Positions 51,401 through 64,000 of a DNA stretch of 64,000 nt are shown piece after piece (the stretch's first letter is position 1; each line of letters starts with the position of its first letter). Source of the DNA: Klebsormidium nitens (taxonomy: Eukaryota; Plantae; Klebsormidiophyceae); contig DF237366.1 of NCBI GenBank assembly GCA_000708835.1, forward strand, positions 1-64,000, written 5' to 3'. Both the position numbers and the translations under genes were made by a program. The notes beneath the pieces were generated by a model. It did no database searches, was not told the origin of the DNA, and worked only from the letters and a program-made list of their open reading frames with translations.

Positions 51401-54400
51401 GTCTGCGGGGCGGTGGGATGGCCCCGGGCAGAAAGAAGATGCGGGACCGGCACAAAAAGACGCGAGGTCAAAGGCTTGGCACGGACCAGCTCGCAAAGGA
51501 GGTCGAGGTCGGCCTCGTGGATGAAGCGCGGGCGCAGCGTGTCGTAGAGCACGGTGCACAGGGGGTCAATGAGGGGGGCCAGGTTGGCGGGCTCCGCCGA
51601 GGAGGCAGGGAAGAAGTGGTCGAACAGCTGGTGCTCCAGCTGGCACACCTGCACGACACCAGATAAGGGAGGACCCTCAGTCAGGATGAGACTCGTTAGA
51701 GACCCAAAAGCCCAACGGTCTTTGTCATCTCAGAATGTAACACGAAACAACCGAGACGAGAGACGGCTGACAGGGGGCACACGCTGACGCCGACTCGCAA
51801 CGGGGATGGCGAGGAGCGAGGAGCCAAGGCGGTACCGGACAAACAGATCCGCGAGACAAAGTGCGGGCTACAGACATGCTGTATACTGAGTTGAGGGGAA
51901 CGATGGCGAGCACCGAGAGTACGTTCGGTGAAAGGACGAGGAGATTGCACGGACTCTTCAATTCACTGAAACGCTGCAGCGCTTTATTTCTGCACTTGTC
52001 AAGGGCCGTAGAGGGTAAGACAAGCAACCAAAGAAGTTGCAAAGGAGTGCTCGAACTAAGTGAATACGTCTTGATTCACACCAGCCAATGTAGGTGCGGT
52101 CAAGATTATCAAACAAGAGATTCTTGACAAGATTATTTTAAGTTCAAGCCACGCTTGGCAAACGCGGAGCCGCTGAGTGGAGGGGTCCGTGTGCCTGACC
52201 TGCATGAGGTACGCGCACCCCGAGCGCGTGAGCGAGGGCAGGCTTTGCGCCTTGGCGTACTCCGTGATGCGCTGCTGGACCACGCCCGCCACCTGCAAAC
52301 CACACGCCCGTCAGCGCACCATCCGGTGGGAAGAGACAAGGCCTCGAGCCGACGGAAACCTTTCGATGGGAATTATGGCCGAGAGAACACAAATAAACGA
52401 CCATCCTTGGCAGCCAGTGTGTGCAGTGTTGCCAGCCAGCGGCGGTGCTGCGGGTGCTGACCAGTGCAAGGCGCTGCTCGCAGTAGAGGCCGTGGCAGTC
52501 GGCGAGCAGCTGTTGGTACTCCTTGCGCGCTGCGCGCGTCTCCATCTCCTCCATCAGAGCCTTCAACTGCACACCAAACACCATGGGAGTCACGCAAAGT
52601 GAGGGCGCTGATTGGCAGCGACTTTCGGCGCGTTCACTGGCAGAGGCGAGTTGCTTGGACGGGAGCGCAGCGTGCTTTCGACCAAGCGTAGTATCCAGGC
52701 CGGGACATGCATGATCCCGGGACCTACCGAGGGGGCGGCCGCTTTGAATCGGACGTACAGCAAGGACGTCTCCGCCCCCTCGGCCACGTTGGCTGCCCTG
52801 CCCCCTTCGCTGCTGGAGGCGCTCTCCTTGATCGCCTGCTGCACCTGCGCACGCACATGGCAGCCGCTCATTTCGAGGCGCCAGCTCGGGGACTCAGCGA
52901 ATCCGAGTAGCACGCACAGCCCAAAGTAAAGAGCAGGAAAATGCATGCTGACGGCAAGTCGTACAAGCAGACGAAAGGTCATGCCGTCCAACTGAGGGCG
53001 ATTGGCATGCTGTACAAATGGAGGAGGGTTGGCCGTGTTTCAGGGTCGACTTACCTGTTGGGAGGCATGGCGCAGCACAGACAGCACATGCGACCGCACC
53101 GTCCCCAGCGCCCGAGACTGCAGAGAAACGATCACCGTCATCAAAAGTGACCCTGGCACGCTCTCCAACATAAGCACTGGCAGTTTCGTCGTTCGAAAAC
53201 AGGTTTTGGCAAGATTCATGCGATCCGAGGCTAGCCAAAAGACACAGGAATACTCAGAGCCAGAGGGTGGTAGGAGTGTTGATCCAGCGCACCTGCAGTT
53301 GCCGGAACTTGACCAGGTACACAGCGGAGTCGGCGTACTGCGGATTGCTACCGACATACCTGCAGCAGAAACGCAGACGAACATGAGACAAGGGCCATCA
53401 AATCCCAGGACACTATGTCGCAACTCAGATGTACACATGAGACCAACGAAAAGACAAAGTTGAGAGATAAGCTGTCAGCAGGAAAGGGAAAGGCATCCCT
53501 AGCACCACTGTTCGTTTGTTGCGATATTGCTTACGCTATACATTCGTCCAGTCGTTTGAGAAGAGGGAGGAAGTGGGCGTTGTTGACCGTCAGATTGGGC
53601 GAATGGAATTGCGCTGCAACCTGCAAACATAAGAAGAGCTCGAGTAAGCAGACTGGCAGGTCGGTTACCAAGCCGGACAGGAAGCGCTGGGGGCTAGCGA
53701 AGGGCGAGCCTTGGTGGAGGCCACAGGGCGAGCCCTTAGAATTCGGGTCTAGGCCCAGCCTGCCAGCTTCAATGGCGGCGAGCTGACGATGATAAGAGAC
53801 GCCGCCGTCGTGACCAGGGAACTGGAAACGCCGGTCTGAACTCCCTTCGTCTGACATTCTGCAGCACCGTCAGCTGATTGCACAGCCTAAAACTTCGAGT
53901 GTGGATCATGAGCTGTTTTAATTTTCAACAGTGGCGTCCAACCATCCTTGACATGCAATCGAAGCTGGACATACCGTCTCCAGCTCATCGAAGTAGTTGA
54001 GCTTGGTGCGCAGGGCGTCTGCAAACTCGACAAGGCGTTCCTTCTCCTGCACAAGCCGCTCGCAAGCGTCGTGCAGGGTCTGCGTCTTGGTGGCAACCGC
54101 TGCGTGCTGCGCCTGCAGGTCGTCAAACAGGCCCAGCGTCTCGTCTACCTGCAAGGGGGCACAGCGAAGGCAATCGGCAGACTAGCAGGGGGGGGGGCGG
54201 TGATCCGCACGGAGAGACTTCAGTATGAAGCTCGATCTTTATCTGTGACGGCACTTTACTGCCAGTCTGTCACAACCACAGACGGCGAAAGAGTTGGACT
54301 TAAGACATTGAGGAGTTGACTGCAAGTGGCTAAAGCTGCAGGTCCCAAACTGACGTTTTTTCTACATCAAACAGGGCTGTACTCTAAGCCATCATCTCTT

Positions 54401-55638
54401 ACCTGAGCCATGATGTCATCACAAGTTTTGAGATGTGTTGTCAATGTGTCCACATACCGCCGGTACTTCTCTTCCATCTGCACCAGAATGACACATTCAG
54501 TATAACATTTTCAAGCTGCCATCTCCTTGACCCTCTTTTCTTCATCAAGCGCAGTGGGCACCATTGATGACATATGGGGAAATCCTTGCAAAAGCGCAGT
54601 GCTACGGCCTCAATCGCTGATAGCTGCCATTGTGAGACGGGATGAGGGGAGTGCAAGGGCCCTACCTCAAAGTTCATTGTTGATTCCAGTTCTGAATACC
54701 ATTTGTAGAACTGCAGGGACATAGAGGAGCACGTTAGTAAACCAGACGGAAGTCACATCATTGACATCTCAGATCAGAAATGACGTAACGCTCACCTTGA
54801 CCTTGCGACCTTAGAATATAAGGGTGCTAGTTGTCAGGTCCAAGTCCCAACTGTCTGCAATTGGCTTCGAACCTTCCAGTATCTTGGCACACTTACAGTA
54901 GGCAATCAAGGACAGAGATCTTGGAGTACCTGGTGTGTGTTGTGTAGGATGGAATCAGAGGTGCTGGTCTCCCCAGAGCTTGAGTCTCGAGGCCGTCCAT
55001 TCGCATCTGATGCTTCGGGGCCCTTTCCAGCCTGCACCTCGAAAGCAGACCTTTTTATTAGAGAGATTCGTGAATGTTTTTGAAGCAACAAACTCATGCC
55101 CCTAGCAAGCCTTTGACTTGATTCAGGAAAGAGGGCAAGTAGGAAGTTGATCAGTCAAAAGCAGTATTCTTAAGGAAGTGGTGCTCCACTGGGTCCTCAC
55201 CACATGAGGGGGCAGTGGTCGCTCCGCAGATGCTTGGGCTAGGAGCGAGATGATTGCCACCTGGTCGTCAGTCAAAGGGGCATTCTACAAAGAACCAGAA
55301 ACCAGATGCTGCTCAGCAATGGGTGTCAGAAGCAAGGACATAAAAGCCTAGAAAAGGTTATGAGCAATTGCAGGAAAACTTCTACATACTCAAGTGCTCC
55401 TCATAAAAGCAGACTGCCGGCAAGTCCCCACATTGCAGATCGAAGACATCAGCTCTTCCTGAATGCAGGATATAGAGATTATGTGTAGCCTACATTTGGC
55501 TTGCAGAGGAGCATTGGAACCTGTGCCTACCTGTTCCCACGTGGATGCAAAGTTGTAGCCTTTGGAGACTGCTGCTGCCCGGGGAAAGCTCTGATGGGTC
55601 TCTCCTCGCAAACTCCCTGCAACGCCTGTCTCAGCCAT
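48425..55638 (-). CDS. COG3: Conserved oligomeric Golgi complex subunit 3 (COG3/Sec34), multi-exon
   Basis: N-terminus MAETG...[22 protein letters not shown], then [131 protein letters not shown]. Stop TAA at 48427-48425. Confidence 0.95.
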
Positions 55639-56531
55639 GGTCTCAAAGACTCCAAACTGAATCCAGGCCCAATGCGCCTTCTCTCTAGGCTTTATGCCTC
55701 TTTGCTTTTCAAGCGGGAGAAGTCATGCCACACTGATTGGACACCACCACCTTTCAAAATCCTTGCGCTTCTAGAAGAGATCCTATTGGAGCTGCCGCAT
55801 GCTCTAAATTGACGACTTTGCAGCTCTACGCCCAGGGCCCTAACTTTAATGGAAGAAGACGCTGCCAGCGACACCCATCTCTTGCTTCGGATCTAGCCGC
55901 TATGCGCATTTGCGTCCCGGAAACTGCGCACAGTGCTCATGCTTGTCGAGACCGTGGCCCGTTACCTTTAACATCATTCTGTCAAACCGAGAGGTTTTGC
56001 TGCCGTCTGAATCTACGTCACTTGATCACAATGTATTTAATAAAATAGGGGCAATCCCAGGAAATCCGTGCCAACAGCCTTCGTATCTAATACAAAAATA
56101 GGGAGCGGACTGGGAGGTATCCCGCAGGTACTGTGCCGGGAAAATTCTACGTGGTTATCGCACCTGAAAACCGTTGGGTTGCGAATCGGGTTTTGAAAGT
56201 TACCACTGACGATATGCATCATGTACCTACTTACGGCTCGCCATTGCGCCAGCGCGAGCCTGCCAGTGCAACCTAGGCCCAGGGAAAATTTTGAGCGCTT
56301 GCAAACAGTGCGCAGCAGCTAGGGAGGCGTTCTGGAGGGTCTAGCGTGAAGTCATAAGCATTGGCGCTAGCAGGTTCTTGTGAAGCACAAAAGCCATTCT
56401 ATTGCGTAGATAGACTGAGTACAGCACCTGGAAATTGACTGACAACAACCAACGACGTTGAGGCAAATACTGCTTTGCCAGAAAAGAGTGGAAGCATCTG
56501 AGCTATTCTAGGTGTTATACCACCAGGGAGT

Positions 56532-59500
56532 ATGGAACCCAAGCAAGACAGGTACTTATATGGGTGATCGTGTTATGCTCGCGTGTCCTTGCTTCTATAG
56601 ACCTCATGCTTCGCCATATTTCGTCATCACTGCAGAGACTGCAGTATCTAGTATAAGCAGCTCCATCGTGTCATTGTGATTGCCAGGTCGCTGAATGCAT
56701 CTTACAAGTGATTGAAACAAAACCTTAGACTAGTGTCATTATCCATGTCGGTGGTCTCACAATGTGTCAACATGCAGCACATTGACCATGCCCTTTTCAC
56801 CATATGCGTCTTCTACAGGAAGAAGCGCAAGTGGGATGTTCCGGGGACTGCTCCTGCTCCTGTTGCGGGGGTTGCCCCCAGCATCCTGGGCCAACCGTTT
56901 GGTGCAGGGCCGGACCATGTTGCTGCGGCGGCAGCCAGCCAGTTGCTGCACAAGTATCCCCAGCTGGCTGTGCCTCAGGCGGTTCCCATGGGGGTGCCAG
57001 GCAGCTCCGCCGCAGAGGAGATACGGAAAAAGATCAACCAGGTGGGTTGCACGACAAGTGGGGCACAGGCAGGGGTGCCCAGCAAAGTTTCTTAATTGCT
57101 TTCATCAGCGATGGGCATTGTACGGACACCATTATCACAGTCTTCTGCTCGGGGAGGGTTGCTGAAGGGCTTCCACCCTGGGACAGGTTTCTGCCTGTTC
57201 GGTGCGTGCCGTATATTGATGCCAGAATGGTCATTTCTCTTTCTTTGGGCCCCTCACAAGGTGTCTCTTGGCGTGACCTTGACACACGGATCTCCTCCTT
57301 CTGCTGCAGACGTTGATGCAGCGAGGTCTCATTCCTGGGGCCAAGGTGGATGACAGCGCCGCAGAGAGGGAGATTGTGATCAACGATGCTCCCACTGCGA
57401 TTCGGAGCCAGCTGACACGGCGGCCTGTCCAAGAAGAGGTGAGAGCATCTTGCCAATGCTGGCCTTACACTGCCTGAGGGTGTATCTTTCTTGCGCTTCT
57501 TATGTGAGGACAGATTTTACAGGAATCAACAATGCCCCACTCTTGCTCTATGCAAGCAGATGCAGAGTAGTTGATGTCCTAGCCGCTTGGAGTCCTGTGG
57601 CTGACAGGCTAGTGATTTTTGCTGCAGATCCAAAGGGAGACCGGGTCGGTGATCATCACAAGGTGCGTTTCTCTAGTGTTGGCTGGCAAGGCGGAGGGCA
57701 GATGGTAGCGACCCCATTGCTTACCATTGGCAGTACTTGAGCATGTTTGTTGAAGGTTGATGTTGAAGAGCTTTGTGCATTCCTAGTGCTGCCTGTTTGA
57801 CTGGAGTGCCTGAAAGCTTGTTGACTGGCGTGTATCAATGGTGGGGCTAAAATTGAATACAGTGTAGACCTGCTTTCAGAGCAGGCAAAGAGCAGTTTGG
57901 GCAGTACTTGCCGTGGCACGGTGCTGGCCAAGTGCTTCGAGAAACAGATATGAGAAGACAAATCTGGGACAATCAGGTCCTAATCAATGTGTCCCATCTC
58001 GCATTGCATCACGAGTCAGTTTTTCTCACCCTTCACACCCGCATTGAGACCAGAAGTGCGTTTTGATTGAACGAATGTAATCGAGTCCGTTGAAACACCT
58101 CCTCCGTACAGGTCTTACGCCCTGGCGCACCCCCCCGTAGTGCTCTGCAATCAGATGACCCTCTTTCTTTCTTTTGCGTCATTGCAGAGGTCGATACAAG
58201 GCCCCGGGTGCGCCATTGGACCCCAGCGAAAAACCGCTGCACCTGCACATATCTCCTGGTGCACACGTGAGTCTGTGGCAGGCAGTGGGACAGGGGCCCA
58301 TGCCGCCCAGCACTTTCAACCAGCGACAGCCCCCTCCCTTTTCCTCTCCTCTTCCCAGGTCGACAGGTGGATTAAGAGGTCGACCGGTCCCTACCGACAT
58401 GGCAAGGCCGCGACTGGCAAGCAACGGCACGGACCGCCAAGGACAGTTGCTTGGTTTCTTCGTGATGCAGACGCCCAGAAACTGGGGACTGTCACCGATT
58501 CGATTGCAGTTGACGAAGGGAATTTTTGAAGCGCTGGCTAATCATCCTCTGTTGACAACGATTGTTCCCATCATTCTAACAAACTCTGGCGCAGGCAGTG
58601 TGCTGGCTGTCAGGCTTAGCCCGGTTGCAGCTTGCTGCCACCCGATCGCCGCACCAGGTTCAACCAGGTTTTCTGCATCTTGATGAAGAGAAGCCTTACT
58701 TGTTACGCCCCTGTGCTTCAAACTGGTCAAATATAGGTTTTGGAGCGGCGGCAATGCTGGGACCTGATGGAATTTTGAGCATTCTTTCTTCGATTCCATG
58801 CGCGACGGCGGGCTTTCCTTTCTTACACCCCACATCTGCATTTATTCTTTTCAGACAACCAGGCTCTTTCTTACACACCCACTCTTAAACATCCCAAAAC
58901 GACAGCATGTCTTAGTCAAACAGCAGGCAATTCCCCTTCTGTGCAGCTCCCGAATGAGATCGCGAAGCAGCGCGCCATGGAGCATGCCGTCACCATTGTG
59001 GAGGACATCCTCAAGGGGGGGCCAGGCCTGCGGCCGCGCCAGGGTCTTGTGAAGCCAGTCACGGTCAGGACGCAGCAGCACCCCATTCAGTAGTGCATTT
59101 AGCTTGTTGCTCTTTGCAATCTCAGTTGTTTGCACGTGCTTTGACAGCTTTCTTGTGGGGCCTCATCTCGACTTTGGTGTCTGACTTCCACCCTTGATTT
59201 CGTATGCAGGCAATGCACACCCTCTTCTTACATGTGGGCATTGAGGCAGATGCAGGGTTTGGCCTCGCAGCTCGGATCCGTGGACCCAACGTAAGCAGGA
59301 GGCTCCGCCTCTGAAGTTGGTTCTCTTGCATTCACAGTGCGAGCTTGTGCAGTTTCGCATTGCTCTTTGGGGGTTGTGCGCTGCAGTGGTTTTGAAAAAT
59401 GAGTTCGTGCCCTTCTTGATCCTTTCTTGCTCTGGTCCAGAACGCGTACTTGGACCATATCTCCAATGAGAGCGGCGCGGTCCTGGAGCTGCGCGGCAGG

Positions 59501-62500
59501 GGGTCCGGAACCAAAGAAGGGCCTGAAGGGAAAGGTGAGACCATCTAGTCCGGAGCCTTCGGAGAGCCGGTTTGCAGCAGTGCTGATGAGGAGAATGAAG
59601 GAAGAAAGGATGCAGCAGGTGCATCTGCTTGCACTACTTAAGGACTATATGCCTTGTGTATGACGGGTGGTGTGGGGGGTTTGTGCAGAGAAGGACGAGC
59701 CGCTGCAGCTGGTGCTCATGTGCAGCACGGCCGCGGGGCTGGACCAGGCCAAGAAGCTGGCCAACAACCTGCTGGACACCATCCGCACCGACTGGGACGC
59801 GTACAGGTGCAAGCCCGCCCCTCACGAGCTGTGGAGCTATGACGTCTCTCCTAGAAGGCGTCAAGACCTTGTCTCAACTCATGTCGTCCTTAATCTGATT
59901 CATTGCTGTTGCTGCGACACACTGCCCCTGTGTCGCTTTATGAGACAGTGACAACGATCAGCAGCAAGAACTTGCTTGCTTTTGATAAGAGGGCCCTGGG
60001 GTGGCCACGATTGCTTTGGCCTCTCACAGCCATCTTCCCCTCCCTTGTGCAGCAAGCCCGCTGCTGGCACTGCATCTGCGGCTGCTGCAGCCCCCCCCGT
60101 GGCCCCCCAGTACCCGCCCTACTACTACGGCTACCCGTATCCCCCCTACCCGGGAGCGCCCCCTCCCTACGGTGCAGCCCCCCCCTTCTACGGCTACTAC
60201 CCTCCCCCCGCAGGGCCCATGGGTGCGCAGCCCACTGGTCCAGAGGCTTCACCCAGTGCGCAAGCACAGGCACCCACACCAACAAGTGCCCCAGCTTCTG
60301 GTGACCAGTATCAGCACCCCCAACAAGCACCAGCAGCCAGTGCGGCAACGGCGGCCCCCCTTTATCCAGGTACTTAAGGTTATGCCGAATTGCTATTTTC
60401 TTTTGTGTGTGCGGCCCTGGTCCCATCGCCCCAAAAACAATCACCTCAAGCCCATCTTGATTCGTGAGCCCCTTGTTGAATCCCCGTCGAGCCTGTGCGC
60501 CACTTCGTTCTCGGCATGCCGCATTTCACTGAGTATCCTGTCGTGGTTCTACAGGAAGCACTGCCCCAGCAGGCCCGGCTGGCTACTCGCCAGCTCCATA
60601 CGCGTCACCTCAGTGAGTACTTGCTCCTGGCCGCCTCCTTTCAGGCGTTCTTCTGTGCAATCAAACCTGGCCATGCTGGTCTAGCTGGGGTGACTAGATA
60701 CCTGGGTATCACGCTCGCTTGAACTTCTTTTTTCGCAGTACGGAGCCCACTCAAATCCTTCTGTCCGTTAAGACCTGATAGCACGCTGTAATTCAGCTGC
60801 CGCTATTGAACCAGCTGTGTTGATCTCTGGTACCTGCTTGCAACGCCATCTTGTGGGCTAAGAGCTTGTTCTCTCTTCGCACCTTCCGTCGTGGATCCTA
60901 CCAATGAATGAAAGAGAACAAACGGATCAGATGGTGTCTCGCAGGGACGAGAGGAAAGGCATCCCCCCCCCTCCTCCTGAGCAGCGCCCTCCTCCCCCTC
61001 AGTCGCCCGCTCAGACGACCCCGAGCCCTTCTCCGTACCAGCACATGCCCCCCCAGCAGGAGCAGCAGGTGACTGCCCCACCTTGTTACCCCAGCTTCCA
61101 CCGCCGTCACTGGGCAGCCCCATCTTCCTGTCGAGGGACTGCGCAAGGCCGCTTGTATTCTGTCTGTAGCCGTTCCTAAAAGATATGCGCTTTGCAAGGG
61201 GTAGTGGGACGAAGTTGGTTCTTCTCTTGCATTTGAAAGTTCTGCTCTCAGCAAAGCCTAGCCGTCATGCTTCTCTTTCGCCTCGCCCTCCTCTCATGCT
61301 GCCTTCTCTCCGCCTCCCCAGTACGGACACCCCGACCCGTACTCCCACCCGGCGGTGCCTGCCCCTTCCTCTGCCCCCCCGCCTCGTGCAGAGCCGAGCC
61401 CACCTCCGGCCCCGGATGCGGCGCCCCCACCCCCCTCCGAAGAAGTCCCCCCAGCCCCTCCGGCGGATGCTAGCGCTCATTACCAGGGGTACCAGTATGC
61501 CCCCAACGGCCAGCCTGCGCAGGGCCTCACCCAGTACCCCCCGCAGGAGCAGCCGGAGCAAGGACAGGGGCAGTATGCAGTGCACGGGCAGCCGGGCCAG
61601 GCCCAAGGGCAGTACGCTGCACAGGCCTACCAGGGAGCCGCGCAAGGGCAGTACCCACCCTCGGGGCCCCAGTCCGGTACCGGCCAGTACGGCGCTGCCA
61701 GTGGCGGGGGCTACGCAGGTCCTGCAGCAGGCGCCAGCGTTTACAACCTTCCTGTCGCTAGCTATTCTGCATACCCGCCCCCACAGAGCACGCAGAACGG
61801 GCCCTCTAGCCAGCAGCAGCAGTTCCAACCGGGCCCGTTTTCTGCTCAGGCCCAGGCCCAGCAAGGGGGGTATCCGCCGCAGGGGTCCGGTCCGGCAGGG
61901 GGCCAATACCAGCAGGGGCGGCCAGCGCAGCCAGGGCCTCCTGCGCCGTACGGCGGGGGCGGCTATCCTGCTGCCTACCAGCCGTCCGCCAGTGGCCAGG
62001 CCAGCGGATATCCCGGGGGGATGCCGCAAAGGCCACCGCAGCAGCAGGGGCCCGCGGAGGGGGAGAAGAAGCGCAAGTTCCAGGAGTTCCCCACCAACGG
62101 GCGGGGCATGCCTCCCCAGCAGGCTAATCAGGTGAGACATAAACGTGAAAACCACACATACACGCGTTTGCTAGGAGCGGATGCCTGAGATGCTCCACAG
62201 GCAGTCGCCCATACTCTCCGTGTTTCTTGATGGCTGACGGTTGCTGTTCCTTGCTGTCAGGGACCACTGGGCCTAGCTCCCGCGGGGCCCACCCCCGGGT
62301 ACGGCCTGGGTGCGCAGGGGCTGGGGGCAGGCGGGAGGGGGCTGATGGGCCCGCCGCCAGCGCGCGCCATGGGGCCTCCGCCGATGAGGGGTGCCATGCA
62401 GCAAATGGGGCCGCCCATGAACAGGCCACCTGCACAAAGTGCGCAAGGATATGGTGAGGCAACCAGGGGTGCGTTTCTGCTTTTGCTTCCCGCTTTTAGC

Positions 62501-63122
62501 CCTGCTTGCTGTCAGCATCCATGTGCATCGAGCCATGTGTCCTGGTGAAAGGACACGGCGTCTCCGGCCTCTGGACCGGCAGAACGCGATCCTGATACAG
62601 TGCGGTCGTGTTCGGAATGCTTCCCGGTCTTCCATGGGAGGCGCCTTCTTTGGCCAGGGAAAGCAGCTAGCTCTAGCAGTGGTTCAAATTTCGTGTGCTG
62701 CAGTCGTGTTATATTGCTTGCCCTTTCGTGTGCGAGGGGGCTCAGCAAATGCGTGTTCTGGCACTGCAAGCATGTCTTTGTACGGACACTATACATGCAT
62801 TTAGTAGACAGGAGGAAAACTCAGCTTGAGGGTCCTTATTGGAACCAGAATGCACGTCCTGGGCTGCATACATGGCCCTCAGGATCTCCTATGACCGAGT
62901 ATTTCGCTTCTCCCGGACTTGTCGGCAGCACCTCTTGTAGTTACACCCTATTCCTGTTTGTGCGGTTCAACATGGTGCATGTTTCTTGCAGGTATAAAGC
63001 TGGTTGACTATGGTGAAGAGGAGGAGGAGGAGAACTTCCGAGGAAGTGCAGGTCGGCCACCCCATCCTGGCCCGCAAGGTGGCCAAGGAGTCCAGCGACC
63101 TTTCTGGTATCCGCGTGGTTAA
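56532..63122 (+). CDS. RIK: RIK-like (KHDC4/BLOM7 family) KH-domain RNA-binding protein with a long low-complexity region
   Basis: The start MEPKQDR at 56532 is spliced to KKRKWD. Two KH-like blocks (EREIVINDAP..RSQLTRRPVQEEIQRETGSVIITRGRY..EKPLHLHI; VGIEADAGFGLAARIRGPNNAYLDHISNESGAVLELRGRGSG..EPLQLVL..AKKLANNLLDTIR), then P/Q/G/Y/A-rich exons and a final LVDYGEEEEEE...PFW exon. The family assignment is from recalled motifs. Confidence 0.85.
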
Positions 63123-64000
63123 CAAGGTCGTGAAAAACCATTGTTGTTGGCAAGCCTGGGCGACTGGCAGAAAGACATCGTGCTAAGCAGGAAGTGGCTC
63201 TGAGGGTTCTTGCTGCTGTTCCGCTTCACGAATGTACTGGATTCACCATCGAGCCATGACTCTTCTTATGAGTTTCGGGAAGGACTCATTCGATGAGTTC
63301 TCTTCCACTGTTCTTCTCATGCAGACTTTTCCTTAAACGAAAAAAGGTGCCGTTTTAGCTAGGGCAAAGCTCAGCTGTCAAAGACAGTGAGTGCGTTGTT
63401 TGATGTTGACAGCCAAGCTTTAGAAGCTGCATCTTTATGCGTATGCAGATTTCAAGTTGACGCTTTGCATGTTCTGCTCTTGTAATTCAGCGCGTTGCAG
63501 ATCGTACTTACATATAATGTTTCGCATACGTTTTCATGACTTGTATAAGACATGCAGACGATTAATATTCGTGCAAGTTTCAGATCGAGATAAAGGACCT
63601 CTAGACGTCGTCATTAGCTGCATATGTATCATTATGGCATACTGCATTCGTGATGCACCGCGACCCATTGCACATGTTGAAAGCATGTTATGAGCATATG
63701 TACGTTGCATTGAACGACTATCCGCCTCGAACAAAGCCATTACACGCACGTGAACCAGGGATCGAATGAACAGCCGCAAGACAGACAACAAGACGAAACA
63801 TCAAGCAATTTAACGTGACCATCTTGTCTGCAAATCTTCTATCTGGGTTTTTCAAGTAAAAAGTGAAGTCAATATCAACCTTCTTGAAGGTAGTGACAAA
63901 GTGCTCGACAGCAACCAACTTTCACCGATTTGGTGCCTACTTTAGGTACAACTTTTTTGAATGTACCTTATAAGGTTAGAATCGACCCGGATTCTAAATT

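Noticed and set aside
63534-63918. Minus-strand ORFs at the window end
   Set aside because: Short, with no recognisable motif or convincing splice context. They could be the 3' end of a gene outside the window.

Overview
Intron-rich eukaryotic nuclear DNA from the green lineage (plastid ClpF, TITAN-like, RIK-like and plant-type H3 K53). A streptophyte alga of the Klebsormidium type is likely; this is inferred, not verified. I reconstructed 11 spliced protein-coding genes by eye: uricase(+), TITAN-like/CCDC84(-), GILT(+), a TPX2-domain microtubule-associated protein(-), ClpF(-), an EEP-fold protein(+), RabH1/Rab6(-), the ASCC3-type double-cassette DExH helicase(+), histone H3(+), COG3(-) and a RIK-like KH protein(+). 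Most long ORFs in the track are exon fragments or antisense shadows. I saw no rRNA, tRNA or CRISPR array. Most notable non-coding signals: (1) a replication-type histone 3' stem-loop behind an intron-containing, cysteine-free H3 variant; (2) an intact 218-bp hAT-type MITE with perfect 13-bp TIRs and an 8-bp TSD; (3) recurring chains of overlapping palindromes in intergenic DNA, including a perfect 32-bp one; (4) an inverted-repeat element with mirrored TGACGTGGC boxes in a bidirectional promoter; (5) three GC-AG introns and a gene-centre GC3 peak. No computation or database search was run; all homology calls come from recalled family motifs.
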